This document shows, piece after piece, positions 1 to 13,845 of a stretch of 64,000 bases of DNA. Within the stretch, counting starts at the first letter, position 1. The number at the start of each line of letters is the position of its first letter. The notes below the pieces were generated by a model. The model was not told the origin of the DNA and made no database searches. It saw nothing but the letters and a program-made list of their open reading frames with translations. Source of the stretch: Camelus dromedarius (lineage: Eukaryota); NCBI RefSeq assembly GCF_036321535.1, contig NC_087437.1, forward strand, positions 36,768,001-36,832,000, given 5' to 3'. Both the position numbers and the translations under genes were made by a program.

Positions 1-1949
1 CAATGGGTTTTCTTTTAGTGGAAATAGAACCTGAAATTATTTTTACTTTAGTGTGGTTATATATTTAAATTACATATTTAGCTTAACATTTTTCTATTCA
101 AACTTCTCATTATGACCGTCCATGATCTACCCTGTCTATCTCATTTCTTATTACCATCAGCCACAGGCACTAGAATCCTGCCAAAAAGACTATTTTTTTT
201 TTTTTAAACATAAAAGCCTTTCACCCCTAGGGCTTAGATACACTGTTTTCCGCTTCTGGAATGATCTTACTTCAACACTTTATATAACTGGACCCTTCTC
301 ATTTTGAAGTTTCAGATTAAATATCATCTTCTAGAAAGTAGATCCTTGCTATTACAGTAGAGGGGAAACATACAAGCAAAAAAAAAAACCCCAATCCCGC
401 CATTCTTGGATTTTTGTCTTTTTCTCTTTTATCATCCAATTCTTTTAAAACAAAAATATTTTCCCTTTTATTTCAAGTACTTTGGGGTCTGAAAAAAAAT
501 CTTATTACAGTGAAAGACATACTGTATCAAAAGTAGAACTAAAATAATTGAGAAAATGTGGTTCAAAGAAATATTTATAATAGATACACAGATGTTCTGA
601 CACGATTTTTACATCTTATTGTTTTTTCAGTGATTAGTAGAAAGACAGGTAACATTATGCAATTAACTTGTTCTGTGCCTTTGGAAACAGGTCATCCAAA
701 TTTGCTAATTTGAATATGTTCACATATTCAAGTATTCCCCTCCTTGTGTTTTGTCAATAGCAATTTTTGCAAAGTTGTCACTATTTCCCAATTTTTTCTC
801 ATTTTTCTTATTAAAAATGAGTTGTATGACTAGTTTCAGTAGCTCAGACATTTTGGAGCCATTAATTTCAAGTCCCTCCTTATTAGTTAGATGCCTATTT
901 TTATATCATTGCTTATCCCCTAATGAATTCAAAACAGTTCATATTTTTTTACCCATTCTTCCAACACAGAACTTTTACTCTTTTTATTTATTTTATGCTT
1001 GAAAGCTTTTCTGTCTACTCTTTTTTGCTGTAGTTAAGAATGTATCCTTCTTAACCTTAAAAATTTAGTTGAATCTTTGGTAAAAATATCTTCTTATTTA
1101 TAGCCACAGCCTAGCAGCAGTTGGGAAAAATGGAAGGATAGGTGTTCACGTGCTCTTTTAACAAATAAGTTCATTAACATTTAGAGTTTGTCAGCAGAGA
1201 TTCACTGACTTGATTATTTGTTGAAAACAAAACTCAAGTAAAGAAAAAAATCCAAAGATTGCAAATGGCAGTAAGGAAAAATAATTTTTGGTCTAATCTA
1301 GGTTTATGATAGAATCTATCTGAATTGGATAAATACACAGCTAGAAAAACAAATAAATAACTGTTGACTGTGTAATGCCCTCTCCCAAGAATCCATGAGT
1401 TGCTGAATCCTTAAGAACCAGCTGCAATATATCCCACATACCCACTTTATAAAGCAATATTCTCTTAGGTCTTAGCAAAAAGTTTGATTCTAGCCAAGTA
1501 TGAAATAAATGAAGAGAATAAGTACTGACCACTTAATTACTAGCATATGGAATGATTATGTTTCAGCTCATATTTTTTTCCTATTCCTTTTTTATCCTAT
1601 TCATAATCTTACATGTGTTCTTATTATTGTTTTTTAAGGAAAATGATTCAGAAACTCTAATGCCAGTACTGCCTTCTGCTCTATAAATATTTCTATTCGC
1701 TACACTATGTGAGGCAATAACAAAGTCTTTCATATCTACATATGTATATAAATTTCATAAATTTATGACTGAACTTTTAGTATATGAGATGCAGTTGAGC
1801 TCTGAGAATGAAAACTGTCTTAATTGGTACCTTTCTGTGAGTCTGTGACCTAATCAATTTAGCTTTAATTTACCACCACTGTGCCTTCTTCTTGATAATT
1901 TTTCTTCATATATTTTGAAGAAATATCTACCATAAAATATATTGTGGTA

Positions 1950-2300
1950 ATTTTTTTATTTTGATTTTTATTCATTTATTTTTGTGTTTTCATTTAAGAT
2001 ACCGTAGAACTGTTGTTTTGGGGAGAATCTTGCAGTTGCATGAGCCTAAGCCATGTACCGATTCATTTAACCACAGTCACAGTCAGAATACAGGACCGTT
2101 CCATCACCCCATAAAACTCCTCATGCTACACTTTCATAATCACACCATTCTCCACTTCTGGAGAACTATAGTGACAGAGAAAGGATTAAGGTTAATCCTT
2201 TCTCTGTCACTATAGTTCTATCTTAAGAATGCCATATAAGTGGAATTATACAGTAGACAACCTTTTGAAACTGGCTTCTTTCATTTATAATGCTGTTGAG
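1950..2300 (-). mobile_element. Old L1M 3'UTR fragment
   Basis: ..CCATCACCCCATAAAACTCCTCATGCTAC..GTGGAATTATACAGTAG..CTGGCTTCTTTCA, typical of minus-strand L1MB/MC 3' ends. Confidence 0.7.
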
Positions 2301-2507
2301 CCTGGGGGTTAGGCAAGAAGTTCTTGGACATGATACTAATAGCACAGTCTATAAAAGAAAAAATAACAATAAATTGGACTTCATAACAATTTTAAAAATT
2401 TAGAATATGAAAGACATTGTTAAAATAATTAAAAGGGATAGGCTATAGGCTAAGATTTATTTACAAATCATGTATCTGGCAAAGGATTTGTATGCAGAAT
2501 ATATATT

Positions 2508-3180
2508 TTTTTAATTGAAGTCTAGTCAGTTTACAATGTTGTGTCAATTTCTGGTGTACAGCACAATGTTTCAGTCATACATAAATATACATATATTCAT
2601 TTTCATATTCTTTTTTGCTGTAAACTACTACAAGATATCAAATATAGTTCCCTGTGCTATACAGTATAAACTTATTTATCTATTTTATATATACCAGTCA
2701 ATATCTGCAAATCTTGAACTCCCAGTTTATCCCTTCCCACCCCCCACCCCCGGTAACCACAAGTTTGTTTTCTATGTCTTTGAGTCTGTTTCTGTTTTAT
2801 ATATAAGTTCATTTGTCTTTTTTTTTTCAGAGTCCACATATGAGTGATATCATATGGTATTTTTCTTTCTCTTTCTGGCTTACTTCACTTAGAGTGACAT
2901 TCTCCAGGGCCATCCATGTTGCTGCAAGTGGCATTATTTTGTTATTTTTTATGGCTGAGAAGTATTCCATTGTACAAATATACCACAACTTCTTTATCCA
3001 GTCATCTGTTGATGGACGTTTAGGTTGTTTCCATGTCTTTGCTATTGTAAATAGTGCTGCAGTGAACATTGGGGTGCAGGTGTCTTTTTGAATTAAGGAT
3101 CTCTCTGGATATATGCCCAGAAGTAGGATTGCTGGATTATATGGTAAATCTATTTTTAGTTTTTTGATGAATCTTCGTAC
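2508..3180 (-). mobile_element. Young 5'-truncated L1 nested in an older + strand L1 fragment (about 2305-3230)
   Basis: ORF 2827..3069 (AALFTIAKTWKQPKRPSTDDWIKKLWY..) is the L1 ORF2 C-terminus; polyT near 2505. Confidence 0.93.
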
Positions 3181-3727
3181 TCAGTAGTAAGAAATATACA
3201 GCCTACTTAAAAGTGGCCAAAATTCTCAAAAGAAATAGTTCTTATTGCAAGCATTTTGTGACTCAATGTTAGAAAACAGTATGCAAAGTACATTTTAATA
3301 TTTTAAGATTTTTCCCTTTTTCCAAATATCAATATAACTTTTCTAGTAGATGTTTTTGTTCAACTTTTCTTGGACCATACAGTAAAGCCCTTCATTGCTC
3401 TTCTGAAGCCACATTAGGACATCAGAATGGATGAAACAAACATTGTACTCACTTTGCAGGATTCTGAAAACTAAGTGACAATGTTTATTAAATTAAATGG
3501 ATGAACCTAGAGATGAGATGGAGAAGACTTGTATTCTGTATAACAGAGAACTCTTAAAAGCTTGTAAACTATTATATTATTTCCAGATATATTCTCTCTT
3601 TCAATGTCTTCACACCTCTGTCTTCAGTACATCCTAATTTATAGCTATTTTGATCTTTCTGTTATTTTAAAAATTACAAATCCTTCTCACTAGAAAACCT
3701 AATACTCACAATGATTATAGAAGGAGA

Positions 3728-4077
3728 TGTATGAGTTTGGTAGGGCTGCCATAACAAAATCCCACAGACTGAATATTAAGATTGTGGTCCTAGCAGGGTT
3801 GGTTTCTTCTGAGGCCTCTTTTGACTTGCAGATGGATGTCCTCTTGCTGTCTCTTCACTGGTCATCCCTCCATGTACAGGTGCCCCAGTTGTTTTTCTCT
3901 TTATGTCCTAATCTTCTCTTCTTATAAAAACACCAGTCAGGTTAGATTAAGGCCCACACTAAGAGCTTCATTGTAAATTAATGACCTTTTTAAAGGCCCT
4001 ATATTCAAAGGCCCTATATTCATATTCTAAAGTATTGGAGGTTAAGACTTCAATAGATAAATTCAGACCATACAACA
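3728..4077 (-). mobile_element. MaLR solo LTR (MLT1A/B-like)
   Basis: TGTATGAGTTTGGTAGGGCTGCCATAACAAAATCCCACAGACTG..CAGGGTTGGTTTCTTCTGAGGCCTCT..CACCAGTCA..ACAACA. Confidence 0.85.
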
Positions 4078-5814
4078 AGGCATACTAGCTATACATGTGT
4101 TAATCATACTAATATATGGAAAATCTGAAATATTTGCTTATTTTACATTTGACCAATAACATTAAGGAAATTGGTTTACTCAATTTATCTACTGTGGTTC
4201 TCCAGCATCATATAAGGATATTTAACACTGACATTAGCTAATTGCACATGGGATTACAAAATACTAGTTTTAACCATAAAAGTATATTTAAAAATGAAAA
4301 TCCAGATGCAATTTTAAATAACAAATAAACATCCAAAATTTGGCTTATCAATCAACATCTTTCTACATTCTACTTTCCCTCAAACTTTAATGCTATAAAT
4401 AAATGACAATTCACTCCATTTATTTAAAAATTGCTTAAATATAATATAAAGATTGTTCATTTAAAATGAAATTAAAAGTTAGAAATATATTTAACAACTG
4501 CTTAATATTTCAGACTAAACTATGGATCTTTTATAAACTGTTTCAGAGGTCATTTCCCCTGAGTATATCAATTTAACTTAGAAAATATTAGTGAGAAAAT
4601 TAAAACTGAAAGATGAACTAGATCAAACTACCCTATTCAGAGTGTGAAAATTACTAGTCTGTGATTTTGTTTATAAAATTTTCCAGCAAACACTAATCTG
4701 CATGTCTATGGCTAAGATCCCAGAATAAGAATTCGTTCACTTACATTAATTTTCTATGGTGGATTATATTAATTCTGGCTCTAGTACAATAACAAAAATA
4801 ATTATAATATATGTTCATTGAACATTAAAACTAACTCACACTGACTCTTTCTAGACAAATCCGTTGTGAACTAGTGAGGTCACTATTTGTCTAACAAAAT
4901 TAAAACAAATCTTTTTTATAAATGAAAATTCAGTGTATGCATGCATGTAAACGTCATTGTAGACCTTGCCCAGATTTTACCACACAAATAGCATAAATTG
5001 GCATAAATGAAACTCCCCAGCTGGCAGAGCAGTTACAAGTGAGGAAATATTGCCTCCTTATAAATATAGTAAACAATGTATGGCCTTTGACCTAGACATT
5101 TGGCCTTAAAGGGAGTCTGTAACATCATTCTTGAGCACAGACAGACTCCATGGTTCAGTATCCCGGGGGAAATTTCAAAATTGCTGTGCAAGGAAGTGGA
5201 GCACAAATGGATAGGGGCTGTCTTGCTAAGGAGGCTAGAATTTCTGGGCTGGGTCCAGAGACGAGGAGGATGGCAGAGTAATCTTCTCAGGGGACTCCTT
5301 AGGTGCTTGCCTGAATTCTGAACTGCACATGTACTAGGACAGACTCTAAAAGGAATAATGGAACAACTCCTGGCAAATGAGGAATGAACCAAGATTCCAG
5401 AGGTAGTACAGGGCTGAAGGGACATTGGAGTTCTGACCTAGCTACAGTAGCTAATTTAAAATACATATATTATTTAAAACACTATCTCATAATTAACTTA
5501 CTAGTAAAGTAAAACTCAATAAAATTTATTTTGAGACAATTGGAATACTTTAAATATTGAATGGATATTAATTGTTAAGGCATTTTTGTTCATAATATTA
5601 AGTGAGATAATGGTATTCTGATTGTTAACAAAATACCCTTATTTACTAAGATATGTACAGAGCATGTATGAGAAAACTAACATGGTTTTAGGAGTTTTTA
5701 AATATATACATATATTAAAAATATATGTATATATTACTGAGACTTAAAAAGAAAAGAAGTGACTAAGAAAAGAAGAGAAGAACAATGGAAGGAAGGAAGA
5801 AAGGAAGGAAGGAT

Positions 5815-6290
5815 AATAGTTTAATAGCTTAAAACAATAGCTTATTGACTTCACTCTCAATTTTATAGATAAACAGCTGTTCTTGTCTGGGCTAACTCAG
5901 CTTGTGTTTACTGAGCCCTCTCAAATGCTTATAGTTCGCTGATGGCTGAAATCTAGGGTGGTTTTCATTTGTTCTTGAAGTTGACAGGTTGTTCACTGGA
6001 CTTGATTTTCCTTCAGTTAGCCTTTTACCTATCATCAGTGTAGCTTAATTTTGTTTACATGATGGTCTTGAGGTTTCAAACACAGCAAAACAAGATGAAG
6101 TCTAGTATGCATGCTCTCTTAAAGACTTGGCCTATGTTTGCTAACGTCACATTAGGCAAAGCAAGTCACCGGCCAGGTCCAGAATCAAGGTGTGAAGAAA
6201 TAGACTCTCTCCTTGATGGGAGGAGTTGCAAAATCACACTGCAAAATGCTTTCTGAAAGGCTGGAAAGTTTATGTAGCCATCTATAATAA
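5815..6290 (-). mobile_element. MaLR LTR (MLT1F-J-like)
   Basis: GCTTAAAACAA..GGCAAAGCAAGTCAC..ATAGACTCTCTCCTTGATGGGAGGAGTTGCAAAATCACA. Confidence 0.75.
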
Positions 6291-7279
6291 GAAGAAAAGG
6301 GAAGAAAGGAAGGAAGGGAGGAAAGAAGAAAGGGAGGAAAGGAGGGAAGAAATGAAGGAAGAAGGAAAAGGAGGGATAAATCAGGCAAGTGTGACAAAAT
6401 GTTGATAACTATTGAATACTGGGGTTGGGATGAGGTCTCCTCTCTTCTTTGCATATTTTGGAAAACCTTAAAAATACAAAACTTAAGAAAAGACTTAAAT
6501 AGAAAAGTTACCTAACAACCATTTGATTGTATGTAGCAGTTTTTGTTATTTTTCTGCAGTTCACCAACTCCACATAAATTCCAGAAATGTTAAAAATGAA
6601 TGAATCAAAATAAATATAAGCTTGCATTTGATATGTCATTCTTACATCTTATATATTGTATATATTGCCAAATCAGATACCAGAAAGACTATGGAATGAC
6701 TAAATTGTTTTCCAGATAAGCTGCTTACATAATATTTCTGTAGAGTTCATAAGCACTATAAAACTGAGAGATACCGTTGGCAGTAAAATAATAATCCAAG
6801 GAATACTTATATGACTTAACATTCAAAATTTTAAGAAGCACATTAAGGGTAGAGAAGTGTTTGCTGCATTTGACATCTTACTTATGCACCTGATAGTGCA
6901 GAGAAAATATTGTTCTTTTCTCTACAAGGTGTTGATCCTAGAGAAATGAACTGTCAGCAGCAGAGAAATCTTGTCAGCCAAACAGAAACATTTAAATGGA
7001 GTGACTCAGGAAGTTATCCATTATAATGTAGACTGCTTTTGAAGAATGAATAGCGTATTACTAGATAATACAAATGGTCAACCTTACTAAAATAATTATT
7101 TGGTTGTATAGGAAAACATTATTTGTAATTAAGTAATTAATATACTATGAATAGAATTTTGCAATGCATTCCAAAATTCTGCAGTTTTTCAGTATTGGAG
7201 TTCTAAATATTTTCTTTCATAAGCTTCACATGTGCTGGTTCTTGAACTAGACAGAGCAGGCTTTTGGGGACACATTTTT

Positions 7280-7510
7280 GTTTGCCTCCATTGCTTTTTC
7301 CAGGTTGCCGGTTTCTCTGGCTCCAAGTCTGGGATATATAAGGCGAAAGGAAAACCAGGGAACTTACCACCAAGTCATTCCCTGGGTCCCCAAGGCCCTA
7401 GCCAGTAGAACTCCTTATCAGAACCTTTCTAGGTTTGTTAGTTGTACTTACTCCTGAAAAAAGGGGGAAATTACATCTACTGCATATTCCCAGAAGTGGA
7501 AGTTTGTCCT
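7280..7510 (-). mobile_element. Ancient L1M/HAL1-type 5' end fragment
   Basis: CTCCAAGTCTGGGATATATAAGGCGAAAGGAAAACCAGGGAACTTACCACC..CCCAGAAGTGGAAGT motif. Confidence 0.6.
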
Positions 7511-10399
7511 GTTAATTTTAGCACTGCTACTTACCAAAATGAAAAAATGATTTTCAAGTGTCAGCTGACACTCTGTTGAAAATCCACTTTCTCTCATATA
7601 TCTCACACAGTCCATTCCAAAATTTGAAGTCTCTATTGGGAAGATACAGATAGCATTATGTTTGTAACTTGGATAGGTCTCTATTCTCCTAATTTGCTTC
7701 ACATTAGGTTTACCAATAAAATACAACAAATATAAAAGAAATTTGGTAATCAAATATTTGCTAATGAGAATTCTACAGAATTACTTTTTAGTGAAGGCTA
7801 TCTAGCTAAAATGATATAACTACCTTCTTGCCTTTTTCTGATTTTTTTCCACTGTTAATTTTGTTATAATTTCCTTCACCTGTACTTACTGTAGTTAGCG
7901 CCAGAACCAGCAGTCTGCTATTAGGTATCAAAAATAAGGCAATAATTACCCTAAAATCTGGTATCTAAAGCCATTTATATTTCATAGAGAAGCAAATAAA
8001 AATGATGACAATTATTGAATTTACTTTAAAATGTATATAGGTGTCTGTGTATAGACTGTATATGTAATATATAAACTATATGTAATATAGTTTGTCCCAG
8101 ATGCGTTCAGTTCAGAGAGAACTAACAAAAAATGCATTTAGAATTTTGGAGATGTTGAATGAAACATACTTTGTGTTTATGAGAAATGTAACAAATTGAT
8201 AAATCTCAAAGAGGAGGTTGAAAAGCCATATTTTAACTTCAGAGGAATGAGCAAAGATGAAGACATTCACTACAATTTTAAGAACACCAGCCAGGAAATT
8301 TCTCAGTAGGAAGCCTTGGAAGTCAATAAAAGCAAATTAACTACTGAAATAACTGTGGCAATCTGGGAAATGCTCGTTTCACCTTCACCTCTAGAAATGA
8401 AACTCTTTCATAAACAGCCACAACAAAACTTTTTTACACAAACTGCACACATGGAGAAGAAGATAAATTAATCTGGTACATTTGTCCATGTGTGGAAATA
8501 TTTTCCTTCTATGTAGGAATCTAAATGAAAGCATGATTTAAAGAGACTTCAAAAGCTATATTTAGTGTTTTTTTTTCTATAATTTTATTTGGCAAAAGTT
8601 AAATATTAACATGAATTTAATATTTTCTTCCACATGGTTTAAATGAATCAAAAATTAAAATATATTCAGTGTTTTTTTTTTTTCTATAATAAACCTCATT
8701 CAGGGAATTCATGCCCAGTTACTTCTTATCATGCATTGTTTATATAGAAGCATGAAGCAAATGATTGAGAATCAAAAGATTACATTATTATGATAACAGC
8801 ATGATGTAGTAGGAAAGAACTTGTGTCTGGAATCTGACAGAAGTGAAACCAAATTCTAACTCCTTGTCTTACAAGCCTTGAGACTATTAGAAGATTACTT
8901 ATCTTTTATTAAACTATATCTCATATATTAAATAGGAAAAATAATAACTGACAGGTTTTTTTATGGTAAAACAGGATAATTCTTGGTATTTTATTTGACT
9001 CAGTGGTGCATATAACTAATGCAAAATATGTTTGTTGTTTATTACAATTATTCTTAATAGGCATGATAATTTTTATCATGGTAGTATTTTACTTCTGATT
9101 TTAAATTATCTGTGGTTGCTTTCTGTAATTTAGAGTTAGATTGAAAAAGTCAAGTTATGTAGAAAAGAAGCTAAATCAGCATGATAGAATATATTGTTTA
9201 AGATTATTTAATATGCTTCCCATTGAAATTATAGCTTCACTAGAGTAAGAATAACATAATGCAGATTTTTAATTATATAAATATCTTGACTTAGAAATAC
9301 AGAGGTCTATCAATGTCTTCAGTGTGTCAGTTTATGCTATTCATCTATATACAACTGAAGCTAAACCACTCATATATTTCTCCAAATCTACATTCATTGT
9401 TATTGTTTATCATTATGACCTGCAATTAGCTTCCCAACAATGTCAAAACACACACAAAAGAATGTTTATTTTCTCTCCCAATCAAAGTAATCAAAATAAA
9501 TAGATTGATGACCATAGAAAATGCTTTTAGATAAGAGGAGGAGTTCCATAATAATTGTGAGAATTTGAAATGCCATCTAAATATTCTGTTAGTTTTCAAA
9601 TATCTAGAATTAGACAAAAACTAAGTTTGCATTGTGAGTCTGTTAGCATGTTAAATTGAAAAGAGAATAAGAACATCAGAACAGAGGAAAAAAAATTTAT
9701 GCAGAGTTGAGGAAGTTGAAAGAATAAATGCTCTCTCACTGGTACTTACACATATGTATTTCAGGACCAAATGGAGAAAAACAAAAGTTAAATGTAAAAT
9801 TCATTTTTATATTTTTCTCTTCATATATAACAATTATAAAAAATCCCTTCTATGCATGAGTTGTACAACCAACTGACAGTCCTCAAAGTATATATGCTAT
9901 TTTTATATGATCTCAGAGGCGTAAATGCATAGAATTTATTAATACTGGCTTTTTCTTTTACATTGGGATTTCCTCCAACTAACTACATTATATGGTATGA
10001 TTAAGACAAAGTTGACAATATGATAAAGTGTACACACACATACACATATATGTGTATATATAAATGTATGTATATATACACATACACAGTATGTTTTACA
10101 AACATTTGGGACTATAAATGTTAATGCACTTACTTACAAATTGTATTAAATGGTAAAACACATTAATATAATAAAATGTAGATTTCCAATAAATTTAATA
10201 CATCATCTTGTCAATAAAATGAAAAATAAAAATCATACTATCACCTCAGTAGATGCAGAAAAGGAAATTTGTATGGAATGTCCATGTTTCTTTTACTAGC
10301 CCTGGGTTGTGGAAATTTGATAAAAATGCTAATGAGAAAAATACAGATAATGAAATCATGTTCACATGGTACAGTCTTCATCTCTGTATGTTCATTGAT

Positions 10400-10630
10400 T
10401 TATCACTTACATGTAGAATCTAAAAAAACCTGAACTTGTAGAAACAGAGAGTAAAATGATGGTTACCAGGGAGTGAGAGTGGGGAAATTAGGGAGATGTT
10501 GGTCAAAGGGTACAAATTTGCACTTAGGTGATAAATAAGTTCTGGAGGGATAATGCATAATGTAACGAAATTATATTACATACTTCAAAGTGGCTAGGAG
10601 ACTAGATCCTAAATGTTCTCACCACCTTCC
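10400..10630 (+). mobile_element. L1MA-type 3'UTR fragment
   Basis: TCACTTACATGTAGAATCTAAAAAA..GGTTACCAGGG..GATGTTGGTCAAAGGGTACAAA..AAATGTTCTCACCAC. Confidence 0.85.
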
Positions 10631-11168
10631 CCCCCCCCCCCCAAATTGTTCTTAACCTCTATTCCCTTTCCTGTCATGCTGGAATAATGAGATTTCCATG
10701 AGTATCCCCTGTGCTAAGGGATACAAAAACAGTATGAGCTGTAACACACAAGGTTTATTAGGATTGTGGTAACTCAAGGCAGCTTTTCAAGTAACCTCAC
10801 ATTCAGAGTGGGATCATGGCCTCTCTCAGGTGAACTTCCATGTCAGTGCTTACACTGAAGGAGCATCTCTAGCGGAGGCTGAAACCTGGCAGCCCTCTAG
10901 CCCAAATCAGGTACACAAGGGTAGATTTGTCAGTGGTGGTTGTGTTTCTAATAAGAAGTAGTTGCCTACTTTTTAAATATCATGAGTTTTCACAGAAAAA
11001 TTCACTGCTCACCAATGGTAATATTCTGTTATCCAGAATTATTATTACTCCATTAGAGTCTCATGTTTCCTATGAATATCTTCTAACATCAAATGAATGA
11101 GTCAGTTTTCTTACATCTGTTTTGTTGATGAGTTGAGGCAGAATGCTATACTTAGTGAGGCACTGTCT

Positions 11169-11172
<4 letters not shown>

Positions 11173-11208
<36 letters not shown>

Positions 11209-11211
11209 TAT
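11173..11211. repeat. (TA)n microsatellite
   Basis: Read directly. Confidence 0.95.
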
Positions 11212-13654
11212 GCATAAACCGCTGCACAATTAAACTCTTTGACTTTATCCAACTTTGCACAAAAATTTCCACTTCTAAAACTTTTTTACCAACATAAACT
11301 GCCCTTCACTTGAATTTTTTTTGTTCTACTTGCACTAAGAAATACCATTGTGTCTAATCACAAGAATTTAGCAAAGACAGTAACAGGAGAAAACCATGTT
11401 GAGATGCCTTATATAACATATATATATGCCATTGTATAGAATAGTTATCATAACATTTCACCTCTTATCCAGTCTTTCTATATTATTTTTATCACAAAAG
11501 AATCTTTTTCCTGTAGGTAGATCTTTTACTTGGTTTCACAAAAGAAACTACATATCTTCAAAGACCTCTTGGATAAGGAAAATTAACATGGACTTCAATT
11601 TGTATCCTTCAAAATTGGGCTGGAGTACATCTTATCAATTACTTAAACAAAAATGTTCAAAGAACTTTTCCCTTTCAAAAGTGTTTGAATAATCCAGAGT
11701 CTTTTTTTGAATTCAAATACTGCTGTGTACAGATAAATAAAAATGAGTGCCTGAGCTATTATTTCCCCAAAACATCTGAAGCTATAGGTGGCTGCTTTAA
11801 AGCTGCCAGCTTTGTATTCTCTATCAAGCTATAACTAACTTTATGTTAACTTCATATCTACTGTCAAAATCAATTTCAATTATTGTCAGAATAATAGACC
11901 TAACAGCATTTCAAAATTCCATGGCAAAATTTTGTTTTCTTTTTAGAAAACTACTACTACTTGTTTGGATTATCATCATGTCTCTCAAAGAATACATGCA
12001 ACACTCAGAGCAGTATCATTACCAAATGCCAATTATTTTCCTGTTGCTTTCCATTAAAAGATGCTTTATGAGGGAGTAAGTACACGCCAATTCCCCCAAA
12101 TAACACTGTGCTTAAAGCCATCAACTTGTTTTCCTCTCAACTTCTTTCATGGGTACCCTTGCCCTTCTGCTTTTCCTCAGGATAAATGGAGAGAACAATT
12201 TATACATATACAATTTATATGGAGGTTGATGACCAGTGTCTATGCTGTATGGATCCCAAACATTCCTGGAATTCATAACAAAAGTTTTAACTTAAGACTA
12301 CATGTACACACACACAAGCGCACGCGCACACACACAGGAAAGCCTACTATCGATATACTCAGCAGACTCTTTATGATCTATGTTATTTGGCCTCTAGGCC
12401 AGTGATCTTCAACTTTTTTTTAATGCAAGCCAAGCCCTTTACTTAAGAACAAAATATAAAGTATAGATTCAGTAAATGTCAAGTAGCTCTACACTGCCAC
12501 CTCTGGTTCTCTGGTTAGAGGTGGGGGGTGATGAGCCAGAGACATGACAGAGCTTGTCTCCCCTTTCTTTGAACATAAAGGAAGCTGTAGTGAAAACAGA
12601 CAGAACAAAACTAAGCAAAATCCTGGCTCCTAACAGCACAGCTTGATCACTTTTGCTCTAGGTGCTTCTGTGGTGTAGAGGGAATACTTGAAAACTCATC
12701 TTGATGTTAGCTTATGTAGGAAGTGTAATGACATTTTCATTGTTCTTGCTGTGGCTTCTCCATAAAATGCTCATTTCATCAAGGTGGATAGAGAAATACT
12801 GCAAACTCAAACATTAACTAAAATGATGAGTTTTCTTATATTTTCATAAGTGGTGATTGCAACATGAAAAGAATCTCATGAATTTTTTAATGTTAAATAT
12901 TTTAAATGAGGTTTTCAATGAATGCAGTATTTGAAAGGGTGATGCAATAATCAAAGCTTCGTGCCACCCGAAATACACTTAAACCAGAATAAATTCATTT
13001 TTAGAATGAATGCTTGAAAAAATGTAACATATACATAAGTATAAACTAATTTGACTTCTTCAGGTTGAATTAAAGATCTATATATCCCGAGTCGAGTGCT
13101 TGGAATGCAGTTAGGAGGTCAGGACAGATGAAAATTAGGATTAGAATGTCAGATAATATATGCTGTTAGTCTAAAGAGGGTCAAGTTTTTTAAAAAGGAG
13201 CACACTTTCAGGGCTTTGTAGTCTCGGTTAGTGTTCTTGACAATTTGAATTAAAGTATGTCTTAAAACTTAGGAATTTTCCTGAAGTACATTGAAAGAGG
13301 AAATGAAGGAAGGAAAGGGTGGAAGGAGGGAGAAATGGGGAGGCCAAAAAGGGAGTACAAGAATATATCAAAATAATCTAAAAATTCTTCAAAATGTAAT
13401 CTGCAGGGGTGGTTGACAATCACATCCAGGAAGGATGAGGATCAGAATGGGCAGAAAAGTAGAGGAGGAGGCAAGAAATTCAGGGTGGGAGAAAATAGCC
13501 ATAAATGTTTTGTGTTTTTTTTTTTTTTTCTTTTGAGTTGGTTCATGATTGAGAAAAATGACAGAGAAGAACCAGCAGAAAGCTTGTTTCTGTTTGTTTG
13601 TTTGTGCATTTGCTTTTAGCTAATGTGCTGCTGATGCTTTGGGTTTCCCTCACC

Positions 13655-13845
13655 TAGGGCTGAGGTTTTCTACCTTGAAGTGCTTTAGAATCACACAGGG
13701 ACCTTTTAAGAACACCTAGACTGAACCTCAGAACAATTGAAAAAGCATCTTGAGCAGGGCGAAATATGGGCACTAGCTTTTGCTTGTTTTATTTTCAAGT
13801 TCCATGAGTTATCATGTGAAGCCAATTTCAAAACTACAGGCTAGG
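13655..13845. mobile_element. MER5A-like hAT-Charlie MITE
   Basis: ..TTAGAATCACACAGGGACCTTTTAAG..AAGTTCCATGAGTT..AAAACTACAG, about 190 bp; smaller MER5-like pieces near 14365-14420 and 15260-15350. Confidence 0.55.

Noticed and set aside
5033..5425. Overlapping 130-aa and 73-aa ORFs
   Set aside because: No recognisable homology; the sequence resembles an old L1M 5' region.
6919..7025. Possible terminal coding exon (GVDPREMNCQQQ..YPL*)
   Set aside because: Weak AAG acceptor, unrecognised peptide, no partner exons.
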